Part shown: in pieces, positions 11,012 to 24,470 of the stretch | Layout: every line of letters begins with the position of its first letter | How positions within the stretch are numbered: the stretch's first letter is position 1 | Source: the human T2T-CHM13v2.0 reference genome, Homo sapiens | Assembly (NCBI RefSeq): GCF_009914755.1 | Contig: NC_060947.1 | Strand: one strand, 5' to 3' | Length of the DNA stretch: 64,000 nt | Program-made: the position numbers and the translations under genes | Notes under the pieces: model-generated | Databases searched by the model: none | Told to the model about the DNA's origin: nothing | Seen by the model: the letters and a program-made list of their open reading frames with translations, nothing else

Positions 11012-13117
11012 CTATGTGTAGGCTTGCATCATGAACTTTTGCTTCAGAACGACTGCTGGAATACATTAGGAAAACCAAGAGAACCCACAGTCCCTCTGAA
11101 GGAAGTGGTTTGCTCCTGCAGGACCCAGGAGACACCCCAAATACTGTGAGTGCCCAAACTGGAATTGGGAAAGGGAGATCATCCACCCCTGAACACACTC
11201 CCCCACTGGGAAACCTGAAGGTCTAGATTAGAGGAGAATATTTTGACCTTACCTGGAGCTTAGTCAATTTAGAGAGCGGACTGAAATACAGGGGTAGAGA
11301 AAGCAGCAGGGAAAGCCCTGTTGACTTACTGGGTTCCTTAGCAAGCCATTTCTGCTTTGCCTCACAGGGGTTCTTGAAGAGGACTGCCAGAAGCACTGGG
11401 GAAAGGCCACAAGGAAAAGGAAACCTCCAGCCGAGCCCTTTGGGTTGAGTGGAAGCTGGGTGAGGCCTGTGACTGCTAGCTTTCCCACACTTCCCTGACA
11501 GCCTGTGTAACACAGTAGAGGCAGCCATAATCCTCCTAAGATCATAACTCCATTGACCTGGGAACCTCATCCCTATCCCCCACAGCAGCCACAGCAAGAC
11601 ATGCCCAAGGAAAGAGTCTGAGCTCAAACATGCCTAGCCCTGCCCCCACACAATGGTCTTTCCCTACGTACCCTGGTAACTGAAGACAAAGGGCATATAC
11701 TCTTGGGAGTTCTAGGGCCCCACTCACCGCTTGTTTCTCCCCATAGTACCACAGCTGATGCTCTCAGGAAAGCACCCGACAGGCCAACTAGCACAAAAAT
11801 AGTGAATTAAACCACCAAAGCTAAGAACCCTCACAGAGTCCATTTCACCCCCCTGCCACCTCCACCAGGACAGGTGCTGGTATCCATGGCTGAGAGACCC
11901 ACAGATGGTACACATCACAGGACTCTGCAGATAACCCCCAGTACCAGCCCAGAGCCTAGTAGACTTGCTGGGTGGCTAGATCCAAAAGAGAGATAATAAT
12001 CACCACAGCTTGGCTCTCAGGAAGCCACATCCATAGAAAAAGGAGGAGAGTACTACAAGGGAACACCCGGTGCGACAAAACAATCTGAACAGCAGCCTTC
12101 AGCCCTAGACCTTCCCTGTGACAGGTTCTACCCAAATGAGAATGAACCAGAAAACCAACTCTGGTAATATGAAAAAACAAAGTTCTTTAACATACCCCCA
12201 AAATCACACTAGCTCACCAGCTATGAATCCAAACCAAGAAGAAGTCCCTGATTTACCTGAAAAAGAATTCAGAAGGCTACCTATTAAGCTAATCAGGAAG
12301 GCACCAGAGAAAGGCAAAGCCGAATGTAAGGAAATTTAAAAAAAAATAAAGAGGTGAAGGGAGAAATATTCAATGAAATGGATAGCATAAATAAATAAAA
12401 ACAATCAAAACTTCAGGAAACATTGGAGCAATTATGGAAATGCAAAATGCCCTGGAAAGTCTCAGCAATATAATTGAACAAGCAGAGGAAAGAATTTTAG
12501 AACTCAAGGACAAGGTTTTCAAATTAACCCAATCCAACAATGACAAATAAAAAAAATATGAACAAAGCCTTCAAGAAGTCTGGGATTATGATAAATGACA
12601 AAACCTAAGAATAGTCGGCCATCCTGAGGAAGAAGAGAAATATGAAGTTTGTAAAATGTATTGAAGAGTATAATTGAAAAAAACTTCCCTGGCCTTGCTA
12701 AAATCTAGACATCCAAATGCAAAAAACTCAAAGAACACCTGGGAAATTCATCACAAAAAGATCATTGCCTAGGCACATTGTCATCAGGTTATCTAAAGAT
12801 AAGATGATAGAAAGAATCTTAAAATCTGAGGTAACCTATAAAGGAAAACCTATCAGATTAACAGCAGATTTCTCAGCAGAAACCCAACAAGCTAGAAGGG
12901 AGTAGGGCCCTATCTTCAGCCTCCTCAAACAAAACACTGATCAGCTAAGAATTTTGTATCCAGCAAAACTATGCTTCATAAATGAAGGAAAGATAGAATC
13001 TTTTTCAAACAAATGCTGAGATAATTTGCTACTACCAAGCCAGCACTACAAGAACTGCTAAAACAAGCTCTAAATCTTGAAGCAAATCTTGGAATTACAT
13101 CAAAATAGAACCTCTTT
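11012..13117 (+). mobile_element. L1PB (L1PBa-type) 5' UTR plus degenerate ORF1, truncated at the ORF1 end
   Basis: 5' UTR ggcttgcatcatgaacttttgct...ctcctgcaggacccaggagac; ORF1 fragments 12118-12339 and 12717-12905 (RHIVIRLSK...KGKPIRLTADFSAET). Confidence 0.8.
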
Positions 13118-13530
13118 TTTTTCATGTCAGAGGGGTTTATTTTTTATTATTATTATACTTTAAGTTCTAGGGTACATGTGCACAATGTGCAGGTTTGTTA
13201 CATATGTATACATATGCCATGTTGGTGTGCTGCACCCATTAACTCATCATTTACATTAGGTATATCTCCTAATGCTATCCCTCCCCCCTCCCCCCATGAC
13301 AGGCCCCGGAGTGTGATGTTCCCCTTCCTGTGTCCAAGTGTTCTCATTGTTCAAATCCCACCTATGAGTGAGAACATGCAGTGTTTGGTTTTCTTTCCTT
13401 GCGATAGTTTGCTCAGAATGGTGGTTTCCAGCTTCATCCATGTCCCTACAAAGGACATGAACTCATCCTTTTTTATGGCTGAATAGTATTCCATGGTGTA
13501 TATATGCCACATTTTCTTAATCCAGTCTAT
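13115..13530 (-). mobile_element. L1PA5-like 3' end (young half of chimeric L1)
   Basis: tatactttaagttctagggtacatg...tacatatgtatac...cccattaactc...catgacaggcccc...gtgtccaagtg; nearly identical in type to the element at 62985-64000. Confidence 0.75.
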
Positions 13531-16500
13531 CATCGATGGGCATTTGGGTTGGTTCTATGTCTTTGCAATTATAAATAATGCTGCAATAAACATGCGTGTA
13601 CATGTGTCTTTATAGTAGAATGATTTATAATCCTTTGGTTATATACCCAGTAGTGGGATTGCTGGGTCAAATGATATTTCTGGTTGTAGGTCCTTGAGGA
13701 ATTGTCACACTATCTTCCACAATTGTTGAAGTAATTTACATTCCAACCAACAGTGTAAAAGTGTTTCTATTTCTCTACAGCCTCTTCAGCATCTGTTTTT
13801 TCTTGTCTTTTTAATAATCTCCATTCTGACTGGCATGATATCATATCTCATTGTGGCTTTGACTTGCATTTTTCTAACTATCAGTGATGTTAAGCTTTTT
13901 TCATGTTTGTTGGCTGCATAAATGTCTTCTTTTGAGAAATGTCTATTGATAGCCTTTGCCTACTTCTTGACAGGGTTGTTTGTTTTTTCATATACATTTG
14001 TTTATGTACTTTGTAGATTCTGGAGATTAGACCTTTGTCAGATAGGTAGATTGAGAAAATTTTCTCCCATTCTGTAGGTTGCTTGTTCACTCTGATGATA
14101 GTTTATTTTGCTGTGAAGAAGCTCTTTAGTTTAATTGTATTTCATCTGTCAATTTTGGCTTTTGTTGCAATTTCTTTGGGCGTTTTGTCAAGAAATATTT
14201 CCCAATGCCTATGTCCTGAATGGTTTTACCTAGGTTTTCTTCTAGGGTATTTATGGTTTTGCATTTTACATTTAAGTCTTTATTCCATCTTGAGTTAATT
14301 TTTGTATAATGTCTAGGGCAGAGGTCCAGTTTCAGTTTTCTGCATATGGCCAGCCAGTTTTCCCAGCGCCATTTGTTAAATAAGGAATTCTTTTTCCATT
14401 GCTAATTTTTGTCAGGTTTGTTGAAAATCAGATGTTTGTAGATGTGTGGTGATATTTCTGTGGTCTCTGTTTTGTTCCATTGATCTATATGTCAGTTTTG
14501 GTACCCATAACATGCCATTTTGGTTACTGTAGCCTTATGGTATAGTTTGAAGTTTGGTAGCGTGATGCCTCCAGCTTTGTTTCATTTTTTTTTTCCTTAG
14601 GATTGTCTTGGCTATACTGGTTTTTTTTGTTCTCTATGAAATTTAAAGGAGTTTTTTTAAATTCTGTGAAGAATATCAATGGTAGTTTGATGGGAATAGC
14701 ATGGAATCTATAAGTTACTTTGAGCAGTAAGGTCATTTTAATGATATTGATTCATTCTATCCATGAGGATGGAATGTTTTTCCATTTGTGTGTCCTTTCT
14801 TATTTCCTTGAGCAGTGGTTTGTAGTTCTCCTTGAAGAAGTCCTTCACATCCCTTGTTAGATGTATTCCTAGAGATTTCATTCTCTTTGTAGCAATTGTG
14901 AATGGTAGTTGATTTATGTTTTGGCTTTCTGCTTGTCTATTTTTGATGTATAAGAATGCTTGTGATTTTTGCACATTGGTTTTGTATGCTGAGAATTTGC
15001 TGAAGTTGTTTACCAGCTTATGGAGTTTTGGAGCTGAGCCAATGGGGTTTTCTAAATATACAAATATACAATCATGTCACGTGCAAACAGAGACAATTTG
15101 ACTTCCTCTTTTCCTATTTGAATACTTTTTATTTTTACTTTTTCCCTTGCCTAATTGCCCTGGCCAGAACTTCCAATACTATGCTAAAAAAAAAAAGTGG
15201 TGAGAAGGAATATCCTAGTCTTGTGCCGGTTTTCAAACGGAATGTTTCCAGCTTTTGCCCATTCAGTATGATATTGGCTGTGAGTTTGTCATAAACAGTT
15301 CTTATTATTTTGAAATATGTTCCATCAATACCTAGTTTATCGATAGTTTTTTCATAAAGAGATGTTGAATTTTATCAAAGGCCTTTTCTGCATCTATTTA
15401 GATAATCATGTGTTTTTTCATTACTTCTGTTTATGTAATGGATTACATTTATTGATTTACATATTTTCAACCAGGCTTGTATTCCAGGAATGAAGCCAGC
15501 TTGATTGTGGTGATAAACTTTTTAATGTTCTGCTGGATTTGGTTTGCCAGTATTTTATTGAGGATTTCTGCATCAATGTTCATCAGGGATATTGGCCTGA
15601 TGTTGTTTTCTTTTTTTCTTGTGTCTGTGCCAGGTTTTGGTATCAGCATGATGCTGACCTCATGAAATGAGTTCATGAGGAGTCCCTCTTTTTCTAGTAT
15701 TTGGAAAAGTATCAGAAGAAATGGTACCAGCTTCTTTTTGTACCTCTGGTAATATTCAATTGTGAATTTCTTTTGTCCTGGGCTTTTTTGTTTGGTAGAT
15801 TATTAATTACTGCCTCAATTTCAGAACTTGTTATTGGTCTATTCAAGGATTTGACTTCTTCTTGGTTTAGTCTTGGGTGGGTGTATGTGTCCAGGAATAC
15901 ATCCCTTTCTTCTAGATTTTCTAGTTTATTTGCATAAAGATGTTTACAGTATTCTCTGATAATAGTGTGTATTTCTGTGGGGTCAGTGGTGATATCCCCT
16001 TTATCATTTTTTATTGTGCCTGTCTCATTCTTCTCTCCTTTCTTCTTTATTACTCCAGCTAGTAGTCTATCTAATTTTAATTTTTTTAATAAAGACATCT
16101 CCTGAATTCATTAATTTTTTGGATGATTTTTCATGTCTCTATCTCCTTTAGTTCTGCTCTGACCTTAGTTGTTTCTTGTCTTCTGCTAGCTTTTGGATTA
16201 GTTTGCTTTTGCCTCTCTAGCTCTTTTAATTGTGATGTTAGGAGGTCGATTTGAGATCTTTCTAGCTTCCTGATGTGGGCATTTAGTGCTATACATTTCC
16301 CTCTTAACAGTGGTTTACCAGAGATTCTGGTACATTGTCTCTTGCTTCTCATTGGTTTCAAAGGACTTCTTGATTTTTGCCTTAATTTCATTATTTGTTA
16401 AGAAGTCATTCAGGAGCAGGTCATTCAATTTCTGTATAGTCATGTGGTTTTGAGAGAGTTTCTTAATCTTGAGTTCTAATTTGATTGCACTGTGGTCTAG

Positions 16501-19500
16501 GAGACTCTTTGTTATAATTTCAGTTACTTTGCATTTGCTGAGGAGTGTTTTACTTCCAATTATGTGGTCAATTTTAGAATAAGTTCCATGTGGCACTGAG
16601 AAGAATGTATATTCTGTTGATTTGGAGTGGAGGGTTCTGTAGATGTCTATAAGGTCCACTTGATTCAGAACTGAGTTCAAGTACTGAATACCCTGTTATT
16701 TTTCTGTCTTGATGATCTGTCTAATACTGACAGTGGGGTGTGAGTCTCCCAGTATTATTGTGTGGGAGTCTAAGTCTCTTTGTATTTCTGTAAGAACTTG
16801 TTTTGTAAATCTGGGTGCTTCTGTATTGAGTGCATATATATATTTAGGATACTTAGCTGTTCTTGTTGAATTGATCATTTTATCATTATGTAATGCCTTT
16901 CTTTGTCTTTTTTGATATTTATTGATTTAAAGTCTGTTTTGTCAGAGACTAGGATTGCAACCCCTGCTTTTTTTTTTTTTTTTTTTTTTGCCTTCAATTT
17001 GCTTGGTAAAATTTCCTCCATTTCTTTATTTTGAGCCTGTGTGTGTCTTTGCATGTGAGATGGGTCTCCTGAATACAGCACACCCATGGGTCTTGACTCT
17101 TTGTCCAATTTACCAGTCTGTTCTTTTTTTAATTGGGGATTTTAGTCCATTTATTGTTAAGGTTATTATTGTTATATGTGAATTTGATCTTGTCATAATT
17201 ATTCTATCTGGTTATTTTGCTCACTGGTTGATACAGTTTTTTCATAGTGCCATTGGTCTTTATATTTTGGTGTGTTTTTGCAGTGGCCAGTACTCATTAT
17301 TTCTTTCCATATTTAGTGCTTCTTTCAGGAGGTCTTGTGAGGCAGACCGGATGGTGATGAAATCTCTTAGCCTTTGCTTGTCTGAAAAGCATTTTATTTC
17401 TCCTTCACTTATGAAGCTTAGTTTGGCCAGGTATGAAATACTGGATTTAAAATTCTTTTCTTTAAGACTGTTGGATATTGGTCCCCACTCTCTTCTGGCT
17501 TGTAGTGTTTCTGCTGAGAATTATGCTGTTAGTCTGATGGACTTCCCTTTGTACGTGAACTGGCCTTTTCCTCTGGCTGCCCTTAACATTTCTTTTTTCC
17601 TTATTTCAACCATAGAGAATCTGATGGTTATGTGTCTTGGGGTTGATCTTCTCATGGAGTATCTTAGTGGTGTTCTTTGTATTTTCTGAATTTGAATATT
17701 GACCTGTTTTGCTTGGTTGGGGAGGTTCTCCTGGAATATATCCTGAAGTCTGTTTTCCAACTTGGTTACATTCTCTTCATCTCTTGCATGTAGTCCAATC
17801 AATCATAGGTTTCATCTTTTTTATGTAGTCCCATATTTCCCAGAGATTTTGTTCATTCCTTTTCATTTTTTTCTCTAATCTTTCCTGCCTGCCTTGTTTC
17901 AGCAAGATGGTCTTCAAACTCTGATATTCTTCCTTCTGCTTGTTTGATTCAAATATTGATACTTTTGTATGTTCACAAAGTTTTCATGCTGTGTTTTTCA
18001 GCTCCATCAGGACATTTATGTTCCTCTCTAAACTGGTTATTCTAGTTAGCAGCTCCTCTAACCTTTTATTAAGGTTCTTAGCTTCTTTTCATTGGGTTAC
18101 AACATGCTCCTTTAGGTCAGCAGAGTTTGTTATTACCCACCTTCTGAATCCTACTTCTGTCAATTCATCCATCTCATCCTCCATCCAGTTCTACACCCTT
18201 GCTGGACAGATGTTGCAATCATTTGGAAGAGAAGAGGTACTCTGGACTTTTGGGTTTTTAGCATTTTTTTACTGATTCTTTTTCATCTTCATGAGTTCAT
18301 CTCATTTCAATTTTGAGGCTGCTGACCCTTGGATGAGGTTTTCTGGGGGACTTTTTGTTGCTGTTGATGCTGTTGTTGTTGCTTTCTGTTTGTTTGTTTG
18401 TCTTTCAGTGGTCAGATCCCTCCTCTTTGGGGCTGTTGTTGATTGGTGGGAGTTCACTTCAGGCACTATTCATCTGGTTCACTCCTGTGCCTGCCACTGT
18501 TACTCAAGGAAGGTGTAGAACAGCAAAGATGGGTTCCTGCTCTTTCCTCTCACATCTCTGACCTCAAGGAGCACCCACCTGATGTCACTAGGAATGCTCC
18601 TGTATAGGATGTCTGACGATCTCTGTTGGAGGTTCTCACTTAGTTGGATGACACAGGCAGCAGGACCCATTTAACAAAGCACCTTGGCACTCCCTTGGTG
18701 GAGGGTGTGTACTGCACTAGGGGAAACCCACTTATCTGGGCTGTCCAGATTCGTCAGAAGTAGCAGGAGGAAAGACTAAGTCTGCTGGTCCACAGAGACT
18801 ACAGCCACCCCTCCCCCTAGAAGCTCAGACCCAAGGAAATCAGATTTCTATCCCTGAGCCTCTGGCTGGAGTTATTGGAGTTCCTGCCAGGAGGCCCTGC
18901 CCAGTGAGGAGGGACAGGTCAGCTTCAGGCCTGAAGAGGCACTCTGGCCACAGACTACCACAGTCAGTGCGTTGGGCTGTGGGGAATACCTCTTGGGACC
19001 AATCCGTCCAGCCTCTCTGGCTCCAGCAGGGGAAAAGCATGGCCTGTAGCTATAGATATGGCTGCTATCCTTTCTCCATTCTGGGAACTTAGTGTTTCAG
19101 GAAGGTAGCAGTCCCAGTGTTGGCTGCTGCTCCTCTCCCAAGGAGCTCAGACAGCTTAGACAGCAAGCAGTCACAGCTGTGGTAATGGCCACCCCTCCCC
19201 CCAGGAACTCAGCAAGCTTAAGCAGATTCTAGTTTAGTGGCTGTTGAGAATCTGCATGACTCTGTGGTTTGAACCCTAAGCTCTGGTGGTGTTGGCTTGA
19301 GTGGGCTCTTTCTATCCATGGGTTGGACAGTTCTGTGAAAAAGCATGTTTTTCCAGGCTGGGTAGCATGCTCACTCACCACCTCCCTTGACTCCCCTGGC
19401 CCATGTGGCTCTCAGGCGGGCCACCACACCACACTACTCTTCCTTCTTCTTCTTGGGTCACGCCAACCACCTAGTCAGTCTTGATGACACAACTGGACAC

Positions 19501-19596
19501 CTCAGTTGCCAGTGCAGGATTCACACAGTGTTTTGGTTCTTTTCAATGGGAGCCTCTGATCGTCACTGCTTCTTGTCAGCCATCTTGGCCCCACGC
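13531..19596 (-). mobile_element. L1PA8-like element (ORF2, ORF1, 5' UTR; disrupted)
   Basis: Fragmented ORF2/ORF1 ORFs; L1PA8-type 5' UTR (ggggaaacccac...gactaagtctgctggtcc); 5' terminus GGGGCCAAGATGGC read on minus at about 19579-19592. Confidence 0.8.
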
Positions 19597-19597
19597 C

Positions 19598-19710
19598 TTA
19601 GTGCCATGTTTCTTATATAGCCTGCAGGATCATGAGGCAAAAAAGCCTCTCTTTATAAATTACACAGACTCAGATATTCCTCTATAGCAACACAACCAGA
19701 CTAATATAAC
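19598..19710 (+). mobile_element. MaLR MST-type LTR, 3' fragment only
   Basis: gtgccatgtttctt...agcctgcagga...ctttataaattacacagactcagatattcctctatagcaacaca. Confidence 0.7.
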
Positions 19711-22700
19711 ATATATATTTTTGTATTTTTGCTTTTATATGATAATTTTCCAAAGGAAAATTTGTGGCTCAAAAAGAATTTGTGATTAAGGGTTTCCCAG
19801 CCAAGATGGTAGACAGGAGGCAGCACTAGCATGCATCTCCCACTTGGATGATCAGAATAGTGTGTGGAGGTTCACATTTTGACCTTTTGTTCCATAAACC
19901 ACCAAAGTAACATTCCAGGAAAACCAAAAGACTTCACAGATCCTTTGAAAGAAGCAGCACTCCACTGAAAATTCCATAATATGGTGAAAAACTTCCCAGA
20001 GTGTGAGAGGGGGAGAACCTTCCTCCAAACACACAACCCCACTGGGGAATCTGAAAATTGAGATAACAGGAGAAGGCTTTAACCTTACCTAGAGCTGGAA
20101 TGGATTTAGGAAAAAACGCAAAATATAAAAGTAGAAGCAGAGGTGGGAAGAGCCCTGTAGGCATTTCCAGTCTCCAGCTTGAGCCCAGGGAAACCATTCC
20201 TGACTATATCTCACAGGGTCCTATGGGGAAGGCAGCCAGCCAAATTGCAGAACAGTCACATGGTAAAAGAAGCCTACAACTGAATTTTGTAATAGTTCTG
20301 AATGGGCATGAACTTCCTTAAACAGAATCTGGGGGGGCTGGACATGAACGGCAACAGATATGAGAGCAGGCATGGGATGCCCAGCATTGTGAGCAGAGAG
20401 AGAGGGATGCGGCCTGAAAGCCATGCTTGCTTTATCAGTGGGGAAGTTTATGGCCTGGGGCAGATCTGAGTTCTGTGCACAGGCCTCCTGGATTTAAACT
20501 CGGTGCTGTTAGTGGGGCACAGCTGAAGTGAAACTGGCCTCACCAACTGCATGGGATGAGTGAGGCCTTTCACTACCAGCTATCCCCAACTGCCCTGGCA
20601 AACTCTACTGCACAGCAAAGGCAACCATACTCCCTTCTGGATAATAATCCCATTGGCCTGAGAACCATTCTTTGCCATTTCCCCCAGTGGCCATGGCAAG
20701 CCCTGCCCAAGGAGAGTCTGAGCTCAGACCCACCTAACCCTGTGCCAACCTGATGGTATTTCTCTGCCTGCCCTGGTAGCCTAACACAAAAGACATAAAC
20801 ACTTGGAACCTTATGGCCCCACTCATCACCTGAGAAATTAGAATACTTTCACTGAACAACTTATGGCAAACTTATATCCCACTACTACTACCCCAGCAGA
20901 TGGTCTCTTGATAACATTACCTTCTAACTGAGGGCCAACCAACTTGGGCCATTACAGCAACTATTGGCAGAATAACACTGCTCACAGTAAGGAGAAAACA
21001 ACAGTTAACAATACTTTCTACAACACCCTGGCTAACCAGAGGTCCTGAATCTGTCCAAATGACACATTCACTGCTAGCATAACCAGCATTTGAGAAACAC
21101 AGCTCAATAACCTATCTACAACCAAAGAATCTCAGAGTCGACATCCCTCCTCTGCTACTTCCACCAGAGCAGGTGCTGGTACCCATGACTGGAAGACCTG
21201 AAGACTGGTCACATCAATGGACTCTTTGCAGATATTCCCCAGCAACAGCCGAGGGCTTGGTAGCTCGGCTGGCTGGCTAGACTCAGAAGAGCTATAACAA
21301 TCACTGCAGTCTGGCTCTCAGGAAGCCTTATTTTTAAGGGGAAGAGAAGACCACCACATCAAAGGATCATTTCATGGGACAAAATAATCTGAACAACAGG
21401 CCTTAAGTTCCAGATATTTCTGCTGGTGAGAAGTTTCTCACAGCAGAGATAAAATTGCAGTGCTGGGCACAGTAGGGAAAGTCTGCACCTCTACCCCAAC
21501 AGGCAGGCCGCCTCTGTGATCACGAAGGACCTTGGAGAAGGGGTCCTTGTTTCCCCCTGGTACTCTACCACAGAAATAGCTGGGGATTTTTTTTCACAGG
21601 AATGCACTGGGGAGGCACCTATAGAGACAGTGTTTCTGGAAAACTCTGGGGTGAGTGCAGCCACCACCATCAAGGCTGTGACCTTGGCCAACAATTGGGC
21701 TTTACAAATACTCACCTGCCTTAGCCACAACTAATGCCTACCCAGGGATACATCCGTTTTTGGCCTGAAGCCTAAGTTATCAACTCAGTAAGTAAAATAC
21801 CAGGGAAAAATAAATAAATAAATAAATAAATAAAGTGTACACCATGAGAGAATGAAATAAGCTTCAAAAAAATCCCAGCCATTTCAAAACCATAGGAGAC
21901 AGTGAACTCACCCACACACCAACAGCATAACTACTACAACCAGTATTGAGGAAAGATAGTGCACAAAGACTCTCTAAAACTAAGGAATTCAGAAAAAATA
22001 CATTAAAAAACAGAGTCCAATCAAAAATAAATTCAAGAACAATCTGAAGAAATAGTCTACAAGAAAAAGAAGAAACTAGAAAAGTAATTTTGGTAATATG
22101 ACAAAACAGGGTTCTATAGCACCTTAAAAGATCACCCTAGCTCCCCAGAAATGGATACAAAGCAAGAATAAGTCTCTGAGTTGCCAAATAAAAAATTTAA
22201 AAGGTTGATTATTAAGCTTCTCAAGGAGATACCAGAGAAAGGAGAAAACCAAATTAAAGAAGTTAAAAAAATTAAGGACATGGATGAAAAATTTTCCAGA
22301 TAAATAGACATAAAGAAAAAAACAATAGCAAATTCTGGAAATAAATGACACTTAAAAATACAAAATGCAGTGAAAAGTTGCAACAGTTGACTAGAACAAC
22401 AAGAAGAAACAACTTCAGAGCTAGAAGACAAGCCTTTTGAATTAACCTAATCACACCAAATCAAAGAAAAAGAAGGCAAAAAATGAACAAAGTCTCCAAG
22501 TAATTTGGGATTATGTCAAAAAGTCAAACCTAAGAATAATTGACATTCCTGAAGAAGAAGATAAATCTAAAACTTTGAAAAAATATTTGTAGAAATAATT
22601 GAGAAAAATTTCCCCAGCCTTTCTAGAGATCTAGACATTGAAATACAAAAAAACTAAAAGAACTGGGAAATTCATTGCAAAAAGATCGTTACCTAGACAC

Positions 22701-22849
22701 ATAGTGATCAGATTATCTAAAGTCAAGATGAAGGAAAGAATCTTAAGAGCTGTGAGACAAAAGCATCAGGAAACCCATAAAGAAAAACCTATCAAATTAA
22801 CAGCAGATTTCTCAGCAGAAACCTTACAAGCTAGAAGAGAGTGGGGTCC

Positions 22850-23954
22850 TATTTGGGGAAACAGCTGCCAATATTTCAATGTAGGTCCTTTCTATTTTCC
22901 ATAAGTGTCAGTGGGTCTGAGAAATAAAGAGAAAGAGTACAAAGAGAGAAATTTTACAGCTGGGCCTCCGGGGGTGACATCATATGTCAACAGGTTCTGT
23001 GCATCATATGTCAACAGGTTCTGTGATGCCCCTTGAGCCACAAAACCAGCAAGTTTTCATTAGGGATTTCAAAAGGGGAGGGGGGTAAGAACAGGGAGTA
23101 AGTCACAAAGATCACTTGCTAGAAAGGGCAATAAAAGGTCATAAGGGCAGAGAGGCAGAGCAAGATCACAAGGCCAGGGTGAAATTAGAATTCCTGATGA
23201 GGTTCCATGTCCCCCTGGGCATGCATTGTCATTGATAAACATCTTAGCAGGAAACAGGGTTCACGAGCATACAACTGGTCTGACTAGAATTTGCCAGGCT
23301 GGAATTTCCTAATCCTACCAAGCCTGAGGGCACGGCAGGAGACCAGGGCATATTTCATCTCTTATCTTCAACTGCATAAGGCAGACACTCCCAGAGCAGT
23401 CATCCATAGACCTCCCATGGGAATGCATTCCTTCCCCAGGGTTATTCCTTGCTGGGAAAAGAATTCAGCAATATTTCTCCTATTCACTTTCTGCAAGAAG
23501 AGAAATATGACTCTGTTCTACCCGGCCCCACAGGCAGTCAGACCTTATGGTTATGTCCCTTATTCCCTGAAAATCAGTGTTATCCTGTTCTTTTTTAGGA
23601 TGCCCAGATTTCCTATTGTTCAAACACACTTGTTTTATAAACAATTTTTGCAGTTAACACAATCATCACAGGGTCCTGAGGTGACAAACATCCTCATCTT
23701 ATGAAGATGATGGGATTAAGAGATTAAAGTAAAGACAGGCATAGGAAATTATAAGACTGTTGATTGGGGAAGTGATAAATGTCCATGAAATCTTCACAAT
23801 TTGTGTTCAGAGATTGCAGTAAAGACAGGCATAAAAAACTATAAAAGTATTAATTTGGGGAACTAATAAATGTCCATGAAATCTTCAGAATTTATGTTCT
23901 TCTGCCATGGCTTCAGCCAGTCCCTCCATTCTGGGACCCTGACTTCCCATAACA
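22850..23954 (-). mobile_element. MER11 solo LTR (HERV-K11/HML-8)
   Basis: Minus strand begins tgttatgggaagtcagggtcccagaatggagggactggctgaagccatggcagaagaac; internal gtaaagacaggcata repeats; TSD GGTCC(T) at 22845-22850 and 23955-23960 inside L1PB ORF1. Confidence 0.9.
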
Positions 23955-24470
23955 GGTCCTAATTTAGTCCCCTTAAACAAAATAATTGTCAGCCAAGAAT
24001 ATTGTGTCCAGCAAAACTAAGTTTTATAAATGAAGGACAGATAAAGTCTTTTTCAGATAAACACATGCTGACAGAATTTACCACTACCAAACCAACACTA
24101 CAAGAAATGCTAAAAGAAGTTTTAAATCTTCAAACAAAACTTCAAAATACACCAAGATAGAACCTCCTTAAAGCATGAATCTTACACGATCTATAAAACA
24201 AACAAAGAAAAATAAAAAAAACCAAGTTATTTAGACAACAACTAACATGATGAATAGAACAGTACCTAACATCTCATGACTAACACTTAATGTAAATGTC
24301 CTAAACATGCCACATAAAATATGCAGAAAAACAGAATGGATACCAATCTACTGACCTGTCTTCAGGAGGCTCACCTAACGTGAAATGACTCACATAAACT
24401 TAAGGTAAAGGTGTGAAAAAAGATATTTTATGCAAATAGGAACCAAAAGCAAACAACAGTAGCTATTCTT

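Noticed and set aside
16955-17689. 244 aa hydrophobic plus-strand ORF
   Set aside because: Antisense reading of L1 ORF1/ORF2; T-rich composition mimics a membrane protein.
23729-23890. Spaced direct repeats (gtaaagacaggcata...aaatgtccatgaaatcttc), superficially array-like
   Set aside because: Intrinsic MER11 LTR tandem repeat; eukaryotic DNA, no CRISPR or cas context.
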